A stretch of DNA of 64,000 nucleotides, from contig OZ241828.1 of assembly GCA_965202585.1 (NCBI GenBank), positions 24,738,001 to 24,802,000 of the forward strand, given 5' to 3'. The notes below the pieces were generated by a model. That model saw only the letters and a list, made by a program, of their open reading frames with translations, ran no database searches and was not told where the DNA came from. Made by a program: the position numbers and the translations under genes. Origin of the DNA: Thalia democratica. Its lineage: Eukaryota. Of the stretch, positions 62,691 through 64,000 are shown in pieces (position 1 is the first letter of the stretch; each line of letters begins with the position of its first letter).

Positions 62691-62836
62691 ATGTTACTTG
62701 GGTTGCACTTTTTGAAAACAAAAGAAGAAGCCATGCAGAAAGCAGAGCAGATCCAGCAGTATGTCACTGAAAACATTATTAAAAAAAAGAAAAAGCGGGA
62801 AGAAAAAATAAAACTTCTGCAAAACGATGAATTAGC
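62691..62836 (+). CDS. Unidentified gene, exon A (MLLGLHFLKTKEEAMQKAEQIQQYVTENIIKKKKKREEKIKLLQNDEL)
   Basis: Open K/E-rich frame ending at a strong GC|GTAAGT donor (phase 2). The 5' boundary is uncertain: ATG at 62691 follows a CTCAG| acceptor, or an internal acceptor near 62724 may be used. Confidence 0.55.
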
Positions 62837-63315
62837 GTAAGTAATTAGAAGTATAAAGTGTTAATAAAATTACCTAGTTGGTTTTCCTCAGTTAAATTTA
62901 CCGTTAAAAATTTAAAAGTTTGATTTAAATTCGAAACTAAATATTTGCTTTTTAGGTAATCAATAAATTAACATGTTCAACTAAAACTCGTTTAATGTAT
63001 TTGTAGAAGTTAAAATAATTATGTTTTAGAAACACAAAAATTTAATATAAACAAGAAGCGAATTAAGAAAATTTATAAGTATGTGTTAAATATTTCTTAT
63101 CATAACAAACTAAACTGAGTCGAAAAACAAAAAGTTAACAGGTTAGCGCAGTTTTTATGAAAACTGTATGTGCTTATAAAAGTATGAAAAGAACTCTGAG
63201 AAACAACGCTTACTGTAATTTAAGTAATGTTTATGTTATTAATAAATTACTATAGTTTAACAGTAAACTCGTTGTTTATCACAAAAAGATTTTTTCACAA
63301 TACGTCACGATGCAG

Positions 63316-63508
63316 GTTGCGTCACAGCGAGACGAACTTCTCTTCCGACAACCGACCACGGTCAACAGCGACATCATGCGATAGCGCCCCAGAATATAAC
63401 AGACAGCCTGTCAGGAAGAAGAAAAAGTCCCCCACCCACAAAAAATCTCCTAAAACGAACGACGGTTACGGTTCGGTGACCACAAACGGAGATTTGAGCG
63501 ACCAGCAG
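63316..63508 (+). CDS. Unidentified gene, exon B (ALRHSETNFSSDNRPRSTATSCDSAPEYNRQPVRKKKKSPTHKKSPKTNDGYGSVTTNGDLSDQQ)
   Basis: GC-rich island bounded by GATGCAG| and CAG|GTAAGA. Phase 2 in matches exon A; phase 0 out. Confidence 0.7.
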
Positions 63509-63816
63509 GTAAGACAATTGTGACGTCATTGTGTGATGCTTCAAAATGGGCATGGTAAGCATTCTAATTACGTCACAATTTTACCGAATGCTCAGTACAC
63601 TTTTAATAACAAATATTTGTTCAATAATTTTAATTTTAAGTTTTAATGAATTACGAACAAATCGATTAAACAAGAATAATTTAAAAAACAACTCAAAATT
63701 GCAAGCTATTTGCGGTAAACTATTAGAGCCTTGGGCTAAAACCAACTTATTTACTTTTTATTTAACTCCGTGATTTATTTAAAGCAATATACTTAACAAT
63801 AAAATAAAATCAAAAG

Positions 63817-63933
63817 GTTGATTTGGATGGGGAGAGGGCTAGTTACCAGGGGTCGAGGGGTCCTGTTAAAGATGAAGATAAATCTCAGAGGTACACTTTG
63901 AAGGGAAGCGACCGGATAACCCATCACAGTTAG
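63817..63933 (+). CDS. Unidentified gene, terminal exon C (VDLDGERASYQGSRGPVKDEDKSQRYTLKGSDRITHHS*)
   Basis: GC-rich island after AAAAG|, open in phase 0 to TAG at 63931, followed by AATAAA near 63946. Confidence 0.6.
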   Translation, partial: VDLDGERASYQGSRGPVKDEDKSQRYTLKGSDRITHHS

Positions 63934-63963
63934 TTTTGTTTATAATAATAAAAAACTCAATCG

Positions 63964-63967
<4 letters not shown>

Positions 63968-64000
<33 letters not shown>
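63968..64000. repeat. (TA)n microsatellite running off the window end
   Basis: Direct reading. Confidence 0.95.

Noticed and set aside
34943-62721. ORF-track entries at 34943, 44219, 44588, 46235, 52904, 58185 and 62497
   Set aside because: They are low-complexity, lie within introns, repeats or MITE remnants, and have no splice or homology support.
63374-63773. ORFs 63374-63562 (-) and 63546-63773 (+)
   Set aside because: The first is antisense to exon B; the second is AT-rich intron sequence between exons B and C.

Overview
This is very AT-rich (roughly 75-80% AT by eye) animal genomic DNA with spliceosomal GT-AG introns and GC-richer exons; the species cannot be determined from the window. 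One complete gene is well supported: an 8-exon HDHD5/CECR5 HAD-IIA hydrolase on the + strand (29726-37490, 418 aa as assembled by hand). Three phase-compatible exons of an unidentified basic, disordered protein lie at the right end (62691-63933). The first ~29 kb has no recognisable gene. It is built from diverged tandem duplications (about 6-8 kb, 1.7-2 kb and 0.86 kb units) whose best-conserved islands carry TTACGTAA (PAR-bZIP/E4BP4 D-box), CCAAT and CACGTG motifs. Several MITEs are present, including a 682-bp TTAA-flanked full foldback and a CAGGGTTGCCAC-TIR family. The most unusual signal is a pair of homologous palindromic elements (53.8-54.0 kb and 12.35-12.54 kb). Each arm carries a minimal type-I hammerhead ribozyme fold of the Penelope-like/retrozyme kind, with covarying stems but mutated catalytic cores. 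In addition, three HDHD5 splice junctions are locally duplicated as poison decoy splice sites.
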